Shown: piece after piece, positions 37,748 to 47,153 of the stretch
Layout: each line of letters starts with the position of its first letter
How positions within the stretch are numbered: position 1 is the first letter of the stretch
Source of the DNA: a virus
Taxonomy: Duplodnaviria > Caudoviricetes
Strand: one strand, 5' to 3'
Length of the DNA: 56,203 nucleotides
Virus record (IMG/VR): IMGVR_UViG_3300030060_001517
Span: 1 to 56,203 of that record
The notes under the pieces: generated by a model
The model's input: the letters and a program-made list of their open reading frames with translations, nothing else
Told to the model about the DNA's origin: nothing
The model's database searches: none
Translations under genes and position numbers: made by a program

Positions 37748-38356
37748 ATGAATAAATTTGAAACAATTGAATATGAAGATATCCACACCGAAGAGGGTCT
37801 GTTAGATCTATGGATTAAAAATAATCCTGAAGATTATAAATGGCTCACTGACAATGCACCAGAAAATACTTTTGCTGCTAGTCTACTTTCTTTTCTGAAT
37901 ACACATAGTTACTTGACTGATAAACAGCACAAGTGTGTTAAAATGAATGTTTGTAAAGAACAGCCATTAGAAGTCAATTCATTAGAATTAGAAGAGAAAT
38001 TTAGGACAGCTAGGGAAAATGGTGTAAAATGGCCAAAAATAACCCTCGATAGCCTAAAGATTAAGATGGCTGGAGACAACAGCCGTAATCCAGGAGCTCT
38101 CTACGTCACTGAGCACGGTAATTATTACGGTAAAGTTTCACACGGAAAGTTTTATAAAGTCCCTGAGTGCTCCCCTGAGGCAGCCGAAAAAATACAAAAG
38201 TTGATTTCAGACCCTGAAATGACTGTAAAACGGTATGGCATAGAAACAGGGCAGTGTTGCATATGTAGTCGTACTTTAACAAATCCTGAGTCAATAAAAT
38301 TAGGTATGGGTCCTATCTGCCGTACTAGTTTTGGTTTCTCAGGTAGATTTATATAA
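37748..38356 (+). CDS. DUF6011-like Zn-finger protein
   Basis: FAASL...LTDKQ N-terminal motif; YG.ETG.CCICSR.LTNPESI..G.GPIC C-terminus. Confidence 0.8.
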   Translation: MNKFETIEYEDIHTEEGLLDLWIKNNPEDYKWLTDNAPENTFAASLLSFLNTHSYLTDKQHKCVKMNVCKEQPLEVNSLELEEKFRTARENGVKWPKITLDSLKIKMAGDNSRNPGALYVTEHGNYYGKVSHGKFYKVPECSPEAAEKIQKLISDPEMTVKRYGIETGQCCICSRTLTNPESIKLGMGPICRTSFGFSGRFI

Positions 38357-38366
38357 GGAGGATTAA

Positions 38367-38834
38367 ATGTTAAATTTTGAAAATATGAAGATGAAAGAAT
38401 TGGTTGATTATTATAATAGTTACGAAGGTAATAAACCTATTAAAAAGTTTCGTGATAAATCTACTGCTATAGCAAGATGTAAAAATTTATTACAAGCAGT
38501 TATAGAAGTAGAAGATGCTGGGTATCCTGCTGTAAAGAAAGACCTCACTGGTCAAGCATTAAGAAATAGAAATATGAGTGCGTCTTTACAGTTAGATAGA
38601 ACTATTATGGTTATGTGTCCTTATGTTGAAGAAGAAGGTGATGGAGGTTTTCTTAAAGAACCAGAACTTTCTGAATTCAATAATGTTCATCAAATGTGGC
38701 AGATACATCCTGAGTGGGTTACTGGTGCTCAAGTAGATAGATTAACTCGTATTCTTTACAGTAATGCTAAGCAAGGTAAAAGAGTAGAAGTTACTATCAA
38801 TGATAGAACTTTTATGTTAAAGAATGTGAGATAA
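38367..38834 (+). CDS. Hypothetical protein at the head of the modification operon
   Basis: AAGGAGG RBS; ELVDYYN...IKKFRDK.TA motif; TAATG overlap with the next gene. Confidence 0.78.
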   Translation: MLNFENMKMKELVDYYNSYEGNKPIKKFRDKSTAIARCKNLLQAVIEVEDAGYPAVKKDLTGQALRNRNMSASLQLDRTIMVMCPYVEEEGDGGFLKEPELSEFNNVHQMWQIHPEWVTGAQVDRLTRILYSNAKQGKRVEVTINDRTFMLKNVR

Positions 38835-39787
38835 TGAAATCTGTATTTGAAACATATTCCCTCAATAGAGAAGATATAAAATGGGAAAACCATTTATCTT
38901 CTCTAACCCCATGGGAGTTAAAGTCAGGAGTCTGGTTTAAAAGAGACGACTATTTTGCTCCCTTGGGGTACAGTGGTCCTAACGGATCAAAAATGAGACA
39001 ACTTATTTGGTATATAAATAGATTTAGAGAAGGTAAAAATCATATTGTGACTGGAGCATCTATTCAGTCACCTCAATTAAGTATGAGTGCTATAGTAGGT
39101 GCTCATTATGGTCTTAAAAATAGACAAGTAGTTTACAGCAAACCTCACACAGTTACAACTCATGTTAATCCTAAAATTGCTGCTGGTTTTGGCGCAGTGT
39201 TTGAATATGCTTCTGGTCCTTATAATCCTATCATTCAAAAAAGAGTAGCAGATTTAACTCAAGAAAATTCATTAGTAGTAGAATATGGTATAACAGTTCC
39301 TCATACTCGTTATCCTGCAGAAGATGTAAGAAAATTTCATGAGGTAGGTGCATATCAAACTTCTAATATGCCTGAGCAAGTAGAAAAATTAATAGTACCT
39401 GCTGGATCTTGTAACTCTTTAACAAGTGTATTATTAGGATTGAGCAGAGACTCTAAAAATTTAAAAGAGTTATTTACTATTGGTATAGGTCCTGATAAAA
39501 GAGATTGGGTCAATGAAAGATTAAAAATAATGGGAGTAGATCCTGAGTACTTTAATTTTAAATGGAACCATTATTCTTTACATGACAATAAGTATGCTTC
39601 TTATAGTGACAAATTTAAAGATGAAACATTTGAAGATATTATTTTTCATCCTACTTATGAAGCTAAGATGTGGAGATGGTTAAGAGAAAGAAATCCTTTA
39701 GACTTTGATGATAAAACAGCATTTTGGATAGTAGGTAGTGCTGCTGATACTAAAATAGTAGAACCTTTTTATACGGAGATAGACTGA
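38834..39787 (+). CDS. Fold-type II PLP-dependent enzyme (putative DNA amino-acid-adduct decarboxylase)
   Basis: WFKRDD...NGSKMRQ (PLP lysine), PAGSCNS phosphate loop, HPTYEAK; ACC deaminase/D-cysteine desulfhydrase-like; inside the hypermodification operon. Confidence 0.82.
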   Translation: MKSVFETYSLNREDIKWENHLSSLTPWELKSGVWFKRDDYFAPLGYSGPNGSKMRQLIWYINRFREGKNHIVTGASIQSPQLSMSAIVGAHYGLKNRQVVYSKPHTVTTHVNPKIAAGFGAVFEYASGPYNPIIQKRVADLTQENSLVVEYGITVPHTRYPAEDVRKFHEVGAYQTSNMPEQVEKLIVPAGSCNSLTSVLLGLSRDSKNLKELFTIGIGPDKRDWVNERLKIMGVDPEYFNFKWNHYSLHDNKYASYSDKFKDETFEDIIFHPTYEAKMWRWLRERNPLDFDDKTAFWIVGSAADTKIVEPFYTEID

Positions 39788-40554
39788 TGGTTATAACAAC
39801 AACCAAGTGGAAGATTTTAAATAAATATGATTTTGAATTACTACCAGGAGAAGCACAAAAGATGCCAGATGGTGATTACAGTTATTATCAATATTTAAAT
39901 AAAAGATGGCAAGAGACAGGTAAAAATGTTTTGTGTCAAGAATTCTTATTAGCTCCTCATAAAAGAAGCGATAATGCTAATGATTTGATTGTAGCTGAAC
40001 CATTTGGAGGATGCGGTGTGTTTTCTATAGCTATTCAACATTTGTTAAAACCTATGCATCATTATATAGGAGAGTTAGATGAAGATTGTGTAAGACAGTT
40101 ATATTTTTGCACTGCTTCTTATCCAGGAGTAACAGTCAGTCAAGAAGATGCTCATGAAAGATTAGGAGTTTTACCTGCAGATATTTACGTATGTGATTTT
40201 CCTTTCTTCACTTTAATAAAACATAGTGAACAAGATATGTGGGTTAAAGAAATGGAAAGAATGATTTCTCATAAACCTGAAGCTATCATTATAACTGATG
40301 GTTCAAGTTGCCGATGGCATTTCACTGCAAAGAATTTAAAGAAGAGAGGATATGATGTTAATCATCATCGAGAAAGTTATGCTAAAGTTTTTGACAAATA
40401 CTTTAAAGAAAAATATAATTATAGAGTAACTGCTGTAGCTTATCATGGTACATGTTTTTATATTAAAATACAACCAGCAGGATCGTATTTAGATAAAATA
40501 GCAATTAAACATATACCTGCAGGAGTAGGTATCAATGGGTTAAGACCGCAATGA
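39787..40554 (+). CDS. Class I SAM-dependent (amino-)methyltransferase-like protein
   Basis: VAEPFGGCG motif I, IGELD motif II, QEDA, and DIYVCDFPF as a DPPY-like motif IV. Confidence 0.7.
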   Translation: MVITTTKWKILNKYDFELLPGEAQKMPDGDYSYYQYLNKRWQETGKNVLCQEFLLAPHKRSDNANDLIVAEPFGGCGVFSIAIQHLLKPMHHYIGELDEDCVRQLYFCTASYPGVTVSQEDAHERLGVLPADIYVCDFPFFTLIKHSEQDMWVKEMERMISHKPEAIIITDGSSCRWHFTAKNLKKRGYDVNHHRESYAKVFDKYFKEKYNYRVTAVAYHGTCFYIKIQPAGSYLDKIAIKHIPAGVGINGLRPQ

Positions 40555-41552
40555 AAAATTATAAATTAACAGAAAATAGAAGAGAGTATTTTGATGCTCT
40601 TTACAAATTAAATTTAGAATATGGTATTATGCCTGGGTTGGTTTATTTATATATGCCTTCATTAGCTAAGCATTACTCTTGGAATAATGAAGACAAATTA
40701 TGGTTTTCTTTTTTAAATGGTATGACGCAAAATCCAATAACATCAATTCAATTATTAGAACAGTTACCTAGTGTTCCTCCTGCTGGAGCTACTCTTTCTA
40801 AATTTAATAACTGGTTTAATGATAATTGGGATATTTTAAAATATGATACTGATAGAAGATATCAAAAGAAAGATACTGTTGATGCTATTAAATCTTATGC
40901 TCAGATTTTATCTAATTATTCTTCTCAAGAAGAAATGCTTACTAATAGTTATAAAGAACTTTGGAACTTAGTAAGTAATAATTATAATTCTTTTGGTAGA
41001 TTATCTTCATTTAGTTATTTAGAATATGTTTATTTAAATGGTTTCGGTGCTGACTGTGATAATTTATTATTTGAAGATAAATCTGGAAGCAAATCACATC
41101 GTAATGGTATGATGATTTTACATGGAGCAGATAATTTTGTTTGGGATAAAAGAGCCAGGAATGAGTTTACTGGAGATTATCCTGATTTCAAAAAAGTATG
41201 TGATTGGTTAAATGAAGTTGCTACTCAACATTTAACTGAGTTTAAAAATAAACATCCTGATATTTCACATGTAGGTAATTTTACTTTTGAAAGTAATTTA
41301 TGTACATTTAAAAATCATTTCTTTGGCAGAAGATATCCTGGTGTTTATGCAGACATGGCATGGCAAAGAATTGAGTGGGCAGAAGAAAGAGGGATTGATA
41401 CTTCTATTTTTAAAAATATAAGAGAAGAACATTTACCTGATTGGTTAAGAATTGAATGTTCTAATTTAAAAGTAGATATCAATAAATTTGGTTCATTGTT
41501 TCAAGAACAAGGAACACCATTTAGAGGAGATAAATTTTTATGTCAAATATAA
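40551..41552 (+). CDS. aGPT-Pplase family protein (amino acid:DNA transferase-like, probably clade 3)
   Basis: RREYF, LWFSFLNG, DTDRRYQK, HhH-like FGRLSSFSYLE, GSKSHRNG, ESNLCTFK...RRYPGVY. Confidence 0.75.
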   Translation: MKNYKLTENRREYFDALYKLNLEYGIMPGLVYLYMPSLAKHYSWNNEDKLWFSFLNGMTQNPITSIQLLEQLPSVPPAGATLSKFNNWFNDNWDILKYDTDRRYQKKDTVDAIKSYAQILSNYSSQEEMLTNSYKELWNLVSNNYNSFGRLSSFSYLEYVYLNGFGADCDNLLFEDKSGSKSHRNGMMILHGADNFVWDKRARNEFTGDYPDFKKVCDWLNEVATQHLTEFKNKHPDISHVGNFTFESNLCTFKNHFFGRRYPGVYADMAWQRIEWAEERGIDTSIFKNIREEHLPDWLRIECSNLKVDINKFGSLFQEQGTPFRGDKFLCQI

Positions 41553-42127
41553 TACTTAGAATATGTGGAACTTTCGGCTCTGGTAAAACTACCGCAGTTA
41601 GAAAATTTTTAGAAGATTATCCTAATGAAACTTTATATGTAGAAAATAAAATAGCTGGTTATAAATTAGATTTAAAATCTGAAGATATAACTAAACCTGT
41701 TTTTGTTATAGGTAAGTACGACAATGTTTGTGGCGGAACAGACTCTATGGCTACTCAACAATTAATTGCTGATAGAATAATGCAAGCACATCCTCATGGA
41801 CATGTTATGTATGAAGGTGCTTTAGTTTCTGCTTCCGGATTAGGAGGTAAAGTCACTCAAGCAACTGAAGAAACAGGATGTACTGTTTATGCATTTTTAG
41901 ATACTCCAGAAGATTTATGTATTGAAAGAGTTAAACAAAGAAGATTAAATGCTGGAAATGAAAAAGAATTTAATCCTAAAAATTTAATAGATAAATTTAG
42001 GAGTGTTGCTAATTGTAAAAATAACCTTTTAGCAGCAAAATGCGCAGTAGCTGATTTAGATTATACTAACACGCATCCTACTTTATTAAACTTAATTAGA
42101 AATTTTGATCAAGGGAGATTTGAATGA
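41540..42127 (+). CDS. P-loop nucleotide kinase of base-modification clusters
   Basis: ICGTFGSGKTT, IGKY...CGGTD, YEG, FLDTP...C..RV..RR. Confidence 0.85.
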   Translation: MSNIILRICGTFGSGKTTAVRKFLEDYPNETLYVENKIAGYKLDLKSEDITKPVFVIGKYDNVCGGTDSMATQQLIADRIMQAHPHGHVMYEGALVSASGLGGKVTQATEETGCTVYAFLDTPEDLCIERVKQRRLNAGNEKEFNPKNLIDKFRSVANCKNNLLAAKCAVADLDYTNTHPTLLNLIRNFDQGRFE

Positions 42128-43047
42128 TACAAGATAGACCATATATTCCGCCTACTGCTAATAATGTTACTTCATTAAAGGCTTTGTTATATTTTGTTTG
42201 GGAAAGAGAAGCTATCCGTATAGCAAAAGAAAATAGGTATAATGGAGATCTAACTGATGATCCTATTTTGAAAAAATATAAATTCACTAACATCAGAAGA
42301 AAAGATGATCGTGTTAGTAAATGGATTATAGATAATATTATTCTTAATGTTGGTATAAATGAAAATAGTTTATGGTTCACTTTATTAATTGCTCGTTTAA
42401 TTAATTGGCCACCAACACTTCAGTATCTTCTTAATTGTGAAGAAAATATATTATTAAAAGACCCTAATAATTTTGATCCTAAAAGTTTTTCTGTAGCTAT
42501 AGAAAAATTTAGAGAAACAAACTCTAAAGCATATTCTGGTGCTTATATGGTTTACCCTACTAAAAAAGATGTAGGATCTGTTAAATCTTTATCTTTAGGT
42601 AATCATATTATTAAACCTGTTTTAGATATAGCAGAAGAAGTAGATTACATTTTATATACAGAAAATAGTATTGAAAAATTTGTTAATATTTTATCTAATT
42701 GTTTTGGTATAAGCACTTTCATTGCTGGGCAAGTAGCAGCAGATCTAACTTATTGTGAAGCACCATTATGCGATGCGTCAGATTTATATACTTATGCTCC
42801 AATAGGACCAGGAAGTTCTAAAGGATTAAATTATCTTTTTAATAGAAAACCTTACGCAACTTGGAAACAAGAAGATTTTAATGATCAGTTACAGATGATA
42901 AATGAACAAATTAAAGATGAGTTAGAAATAACTGATTTAACTTTACACGATGTTCAAAATGTAATGTGTGAATATAGTAAATATACCAGAACTTTATTAG
43001 GAGAAGGTAAACCTAAAACTATGTATAAACCAGAGGAGAGCTTTTAA
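42124..43047 (+). CDS. 5-hmdU DNA kinase (aGPT-Pplase1 / HMUDK helical domain)
   Basis: ERE.IR...DDPILKKYKFTNIRRKDDRVSKW, RLINWP, AYM, F.AGQ..ADL.Y, GPGS.KGL, QN.MCEYSKY. Confidence 0.88.
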   Translation: MIQDRPYIPPTANNVTSLKALLYFVWEREAIRIAKENRYNGDLTDDPILKKYKFTNIRRKDDRVSKWIIDNIILNVGINENSLWFTLLIARLINWPPTLQYLLNCEENILLKDPNNFDPKSFSVAIEKFRETNSKAYSGAYMVYPTKKDVGSVKSLSLGNHIIKPVLDIAEEVDYILYTENSIEKFVNILSNCFGISTFIAGQVAADLTYCEAPLCDASDLYTYAPIGPGSSKGLNYLFNRKPYATWKQEDFNDQLQMINEQIKDELEITDLTLHDVQNVMCEYSKYTRTLLGEGKPKTMYKPEESF

Positions 43048-44066
43048 TGGAACTTAGAGTAGAAAATGTAAATGAAGCATTTCAAGAAATATTATGGAAA
43101 TTTAAAGTACTTAATCTTGAAACAGAAGAAACTAGAAATGGACCAGCTTTAGTTTATCCAGAAATGGTAACAACTATTTATAGGTTTCCTGATGAAAGAG
43201 TTTTATTTCACCCTAAAAGAGATGCTAATCCTATATTTCATTTAATGGAAGCTATATGGATGATTGCAGGTAGAAATGATGTTGAGTTTGTAAATCAATT
43301 TAATAGTAATATGAAAAACTTTAGCGATGATGGAAAAGTGTTCAATGCTGCTTATGGTCATAGATGGAGAAAACATTTTGGTACCGATCAATTATTAGAT
43401 GTTATAAATTTATTAAAACAAGATATAAGCACTCGCCAAGCTGTTATTCAGATGTGGGATGCTGAAGATTTAGTAAAAGACACTTGTGATAAAGCATGTA
43501 ATACTCAGTTAATATTTGACACCAGGAACAATAAATTAAATATGACAGTGTTTAATCGTTCTAACGATGTTTGGTGGGGAGCATATGGTGCTAATGCTGT
43601 TCATTTTAGTTTCTTGCAAGAAGTGATAGCTAGAGCTATTGATTATCCTTTAGGAGAATACAGGCAAGTTTCTAATAATTTTCATTTTTATACTGAGTTA
43701 TATGATGCTATGAGTTTATTAGATAACCCTCCTAATGAACATTCACACAATCCTTACCATAATGGAGAAGTTTCATCTTTACCTATAATGGATAATAATG
43801 ATTATGCAGGGTTTATTTTAGATTGTGAACAGTTTTGCAAAGATCCTTTTGGTTTAGCTAATTTAGAAACTTATAAATTTAATCATAGTTTCTTTATGTC
43901 AGTAGCTCGTCCTATGGCTCTTATTTCACATATAAGAAAAAATAAAGATAATGACAGTAAATATTATGATGGTATGCTTCAAGCTAAAAGTATAAAAGCA
44001 CCTGATTGGCAAAGAGCATGTGTAGAATGGATAACCAGAAGAAATATGTTAGATGTTCCATTTTAA
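43047..44066 (+). CDS. Thymidylate synthase-family enzyme, probable dUMP hydroxymethylase
   Basis: TRNG, RDANPIFH..E..W, AYGHRW, TRQAV, catalytic DKACN, RSNDVWWGAYGANAVHF (Asn = dUMP specificity), NFHFY. Confidence 0.88.
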   Translation: MELRVENVNEAFQEILWKFKVLNLETEETRNGPALVYPEMVTTIYRFPDERVLFHPKRDANPIFHLMEAIWMIAGRNDVEFVNQFNSNMKNFSDDGKVFNAAYGHRWRKHFGTDQLLDVINLLKQDISTRQAVIQMWDAEDLVKDTCDKACNTQLIFDTRNNKLNMTVFNRSNDVWWGAYGANAVHFSFLQEVIARAIDYPLGEYRQVSNNFHFYTELYDAMSLLDNPPNEHSHNPYHNGEVSSLPIMDNNDYAGFILDCEQFCKDPFGLANLETYKFNHSFFMSVARPMALISHIRKNKDNDSKYYDGMLQAKSIKAPDWQRACVEWITRRNMLDVPF

Positions 44067-44084
44067 AATAATGAAAAATAAAAC

Positions 44085-44130
44085 TTGCTTTTTAATAAAA
44101 AATAAACGATACTATACGCATAACTTATAA
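44085..44130 (+). promoter_or_regulatory. Promoter-like element with TAACTTATAA box
   Basis: TTGCTT at 44085; TAACTTATAA at 44121-30 directly before AGGAG. Confidence 0.55.
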
Positions 44131-44144
44131 AGGAGAACTAACCA

Positions 44145-44642
44145 ATGAAAAAGACACTTGAATTTATATTAGATGGAGCAGCAGTTAAAAGATTTCATAC
44201 TGTTACTGTGCTTCATGAAGAAACAGTAGGGCATCATTCTCATAATGTAGCTATGATGTGTCTTCTACTTAACCCCAATGCTAGTAGAAATTTATTATTA
44301 GCAGCAATGTTTCATGATTTAGCTGAGCATAAAACAGGTGATATACCTTCTCCTGCAAAACGAGAATATAATATAACTGAACAAGTGACTTCTTTAGAAA
44401 GTGAGTTAATGGTAAAAGCAGGTATAAAACTTCCTGTGTTAACTGAAGAAGAGGAAAGAACTTTGAAGTTAGCAGACATAGCATCAGGTATGATATATTG
44501 TATTCAAGAAGCACAGATGGGTAATAATAAAATGTTAAAAATATTAAATACTTATTTAAAGTATACTAAACAATTTTTCTTATCAGGAAGAGAAGAAGAT
44601 TTATTTTGTCATATTGAAGAATTACAACTGGAAGGATTATAA
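44145..44642 (+). CDS. HD-domain deoxynucleotide phosphohydrolase (YfbR-like)
   Basis: VKRFH, ETVGHHS.NVA, HDLAE..TGDIPSPAK, LKLAD. Confidence 0.88.
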   Translation: MKKTLEFILDGAAVKRFHTVTVLHEETVGHHSHNVAMMCLLLNPNASRNLLLAAMFHDLAEHKTGDIPSPAKREYNITEQVTSLESELMVKAGIKLPVLTEEEERTLKLADIASGMIYCIQEAQMGNNKMLKILNTYLKYTKQFFLSGREEDLFCHIEELQLEGL

Positions 44643-44643
44643 A

Positions 44644-44946
44644 ATGTCAGCAAATAATAAACAGATAGGTGGTAATCATTATAAACATGACTCTGGAGAA
44701 GAACATTGGGATCGTGTTAATAGATTAAATCTAAGTTATTTTCAAGGATGCGCTACTAAATATATTGAAAGAGCATATTTAAAAGGTAAACCTGTAGAAG
44801 ATTTACAAAAGGCATCTCATTTTATTCAAAAATTAATTGAGATTGAACAAGAAAAAGAAGGTGAACCTACATCTTCTTATGTTAATCAAGATCCTGATCT
44901 TAAAAATGTATACAGTCAACTACCTTTATTTAAAGAGGAAAATTAA
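44644..44946 (+). CDS. DUF3310 / T7 gp1.7-like nucleotide kinase-family protein
   Basis: KQIGGNHYK, G.ATKYI.R, KG..EDLQKA.HFI..LIE. Confidence 0.8.
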   Translation: MSANNKQIGGNHYKHDSGEEHWDRVNRLNLSYFQGCATKYIERAYLKGKPVEDLQKASHFIQKLIEIEQEKEGEPTSSYVNQDPDLKNVYSQLPLFKEEN

Positions 44947-46772
44947 TGCATACTTGGGTCTTTGATACAGAAACATTACCTAATAGAACTTTATTAAGTG
45001 CTAAATGTATAGAGACTGGGGAATGGTTTGATGTTTGGAGACATGAAGAAAATGCAATAGATAAACTTTTAAATTTTGTTAATCAGCCACATACCTTTGT
45101 AGGTTTTAATTCTTTATCATTTGATAATATTGTAGTATCTGCATTTTGTGCTGGAAGAAAAGAACAAGAAATAAAAAGAATGGCAGACGATTTAATTCAA
45201 AATAGATTACCTTACTGGAAAGCATTTCCTAAATATCAGTTAAGAAAATACTTAAAAGATCATATTGATTTAATTGAAGTTGCTCCTTCATTTGTAGGCT
45301 TAAAAGCATATGGTGCTAGAATGCATATGACTACTTTACAAGATATGCCTTTATCTCATGATACTTATATAACTCCTGATCAAGAGCAACAAATATTAGA
45401 ATATTGTCATAATGATGTGTTAACTACTCAACAGCTTTTATTTAATTTAGAAAAAGAAATAATGTTAAGAGTAACTATGAGTAAAAAATATGGAGTAGAT
45501 TTAAGAAGTAAATCAGACTCTCAAATGGCAGAACAGGCTTATATAAAAACCATGGGCTTAAAAAGACAAAATAATACAATACCTGAAACTATAACTTACA
45601 ATCCTCCTTCTTTTTTACAATCATTTAAAGATCCTGTTTTGAAAAATTTATTATTAAGAATACAAAATCATACATTTATAATGAATAAAAAATCAGGTCA
45701 TGTTGTATTACCTGAGTTTTTAGGTAAAGCTACTATAAAATTTGGTAACGGAGAATATCAATTAGGTGTAGGAGGAATACATTCAGTTCATGATAAAAAA
45801 GTCTGTTACATTGCTGGTGATAAAATTATGGGTGAATTAGATGCTGCTTCATTTTATCCTTCTATTATTTTAGAATGTGGTTTCATTCCTAAAAGTTTAG
45901 GAGAGTCTTTTGTTGAAGAGTATCGTAATATTTATAATCAAAGATTAGAAGCAAAAGCATCTGGTGATAAAGCGACTAACGAAACATTAAAGATTAGTTT
46001 AAATGGTACTTTTGGTAAACTAGCAAGTAAATATAGTGTTCTTTATTCACCAGACTTGATGTTAGCTGTTACTCTTACAGGACAGTTAACCCTGTTACTA
46101 TTGATAGAAAAATTAGAAGATTTAGGAGTAGAAACTTTAAGTGCTAATACTGACGGCATAGCTATAAGATATGATAAAATTATACATGATCAAGTACAAA
46201 AAGAAATAGATAAATTTAGTAAGTTATCTAAATTTATATTTGAGTTTACTCCTTATAGAGTTTTAGCTATGAAAGATGTTAATAATTATATAGCAATTAA
46301 ACCAGATAAAACATTAAAAGTTAAAGGAATATACTCTCCACTCTCGCTTAGAAAAAATCCTACTGCTCAAGTATGCTCAGATGCCGTAGGAGAGTGGTTA
46401 GCTAAAGGTGTACCTTTCACAGAGACAATTTATAAAAGTCCTTTCTCAGGCTTTATATCAGCTCGTAATGTTACTGGAGGTGGACAACAAGATGGTAAAT
46501 ATTTAGGTAAGGTGGTCAGGTGGTATCAATCTACTGACAGTGTAGAGCCGATAAGATATTATACTAATAATAACAAAGTAGCTAAAACAGATGGAGCTAA
46601 AGCATGCATGACTGTTGAAGATTTTGTTACACATCCTACCGATTTAGATTATGATTGGTATTTAAAAGAATCAATTAAAATAGCAGTAGCTGTAGGTGGT
46701 TCTAATTTTTTAACAGACCATGAGCTAGAACTTATCACTCCTGCTCCTAAACAAAGGAAGAAAAAGAAATGA
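44946..46772 (+). CDS. Family B DNA polymerase with 3'-5' exonuclease
   Basis: FDTE ExoI, GFNS..FD ExoII, YC.ND ExoIII, DAASFYPS motif A, K...NG.FGK motif B, NTDG motif C. Confidence 0.93.
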   Translation: MHTWVFDTETLPNRTLLSAKCIETGEWFDVWRHEENAIDKLLNFVNQPHTFVGFNSLSFDNIVVSAFCAGRKEQEIKRMADDLIQNRLPYWKAFPKYQLRKYLKDHIDLIEVAPSFVGLKAYGARMHMTTLQDMPLSHDTYITPDQEQQILEYCHNDVLTTQQLLFNLEKEIMLRVTMSKKYGVDLRSKSDSQMAEQAYIKTMGLKRQNNTIPETITYNPPSFLQSFKDPVLKNLLLRIQNHTFIMNKKSGHVVLPEFLGKATIKFGNGEYQLGVGGIHSVHDKKVCYIAGDKIMGELDAASFYPSIILECGFIPKSLGESFVEEYRNIYNQRLEAKASGDKATNETLKISLNGTFGKLASKYSVLYSPDLMLAVTLTGQLTLLLLIEKLEDLGVETLSANTDGIAIRYDKIIHDQVQKEIDKFSKLSKFIFEFTPYRVLAMKDVNNYIAIKPDKTLKVKGIYSPLSLRKNPTAQVCSDAVGEWLAKGVPFTETIYKSPFSGFISARNVTGGGQQDGKYLGKVVRWYQSTDSVEPIRYYTNNNKVAKTDGAKACMTVEDFVTHPTDLDYDWYLKESIKIAVAVGGSNFLTDHELELITPAPKQRKKKK

Positions 46773-47122
46773 ATGATCAAAATGGAAATAGTAGAACAGT
46801 ATTTGTAGTTCAAGTAGATAACAATAAAGATCTATCAGATGCTAAACAGTATGGTAAACTTCAAGCTGTATTTGGTAATCCTCGTAAACCTTATGTTACT
46901 GATATGATGATAAATAAAGCTAGAAATGTTTTAGAAGCATGGCAAGATGGAGATTATTTATTAATGCTAGGAGATCCTACTTTATGTGGGGTTTGTATGG
47001 CTATTGCTTCTGAGTATACCGACAATGTAGATATTTTAAGCTGGGACCGTAACACTTTTAGTTATGTACCGCAAGAGTGGAACTTCGGTCAGCTAAGCAT
47101 GGATTTCGTAACGGCAGAGTGA
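46769..47122 (+). CDS. Conserved phage hypothetical protein
   Basis: VFVVQ...DLSDAKQYGKL...DYLLMLGDP motif. Confidence 0.8.
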   Translation: MNDQNGNSRTVFVVQVDNNKDLSDAKQYGKLQAVFGNPRKPYVTDMMINKARNVLEAWQDGDYLLMLGDPTLCGVCMAIASEYTDNVDILSWDRNTFSYVPQEWNFGQLSMDFVTAE

Positions 47123-47153
47123 CATCTGCCTCAATCAATGGAGGAAAACAAAA

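Noticed and set aside
43047-44066. TS homolog as dCMP hydroxymethylase or ordinary ThyA
   Set aside because: It has Asn (GANAVHF) rather than the Asp of dCMP enzymes, there is no glycosyltransferase, and it is coupled to a 5-hmdU DNA kinase. Plain ThyA is unlikely but not formally excluded.
44145-44946. HD hydrolase as DatZ of a 2-aminoadenine (Z) genome
   Set aside because: No PurZ/PurA homolog is present, and the context is a 5-hmdU pathway.
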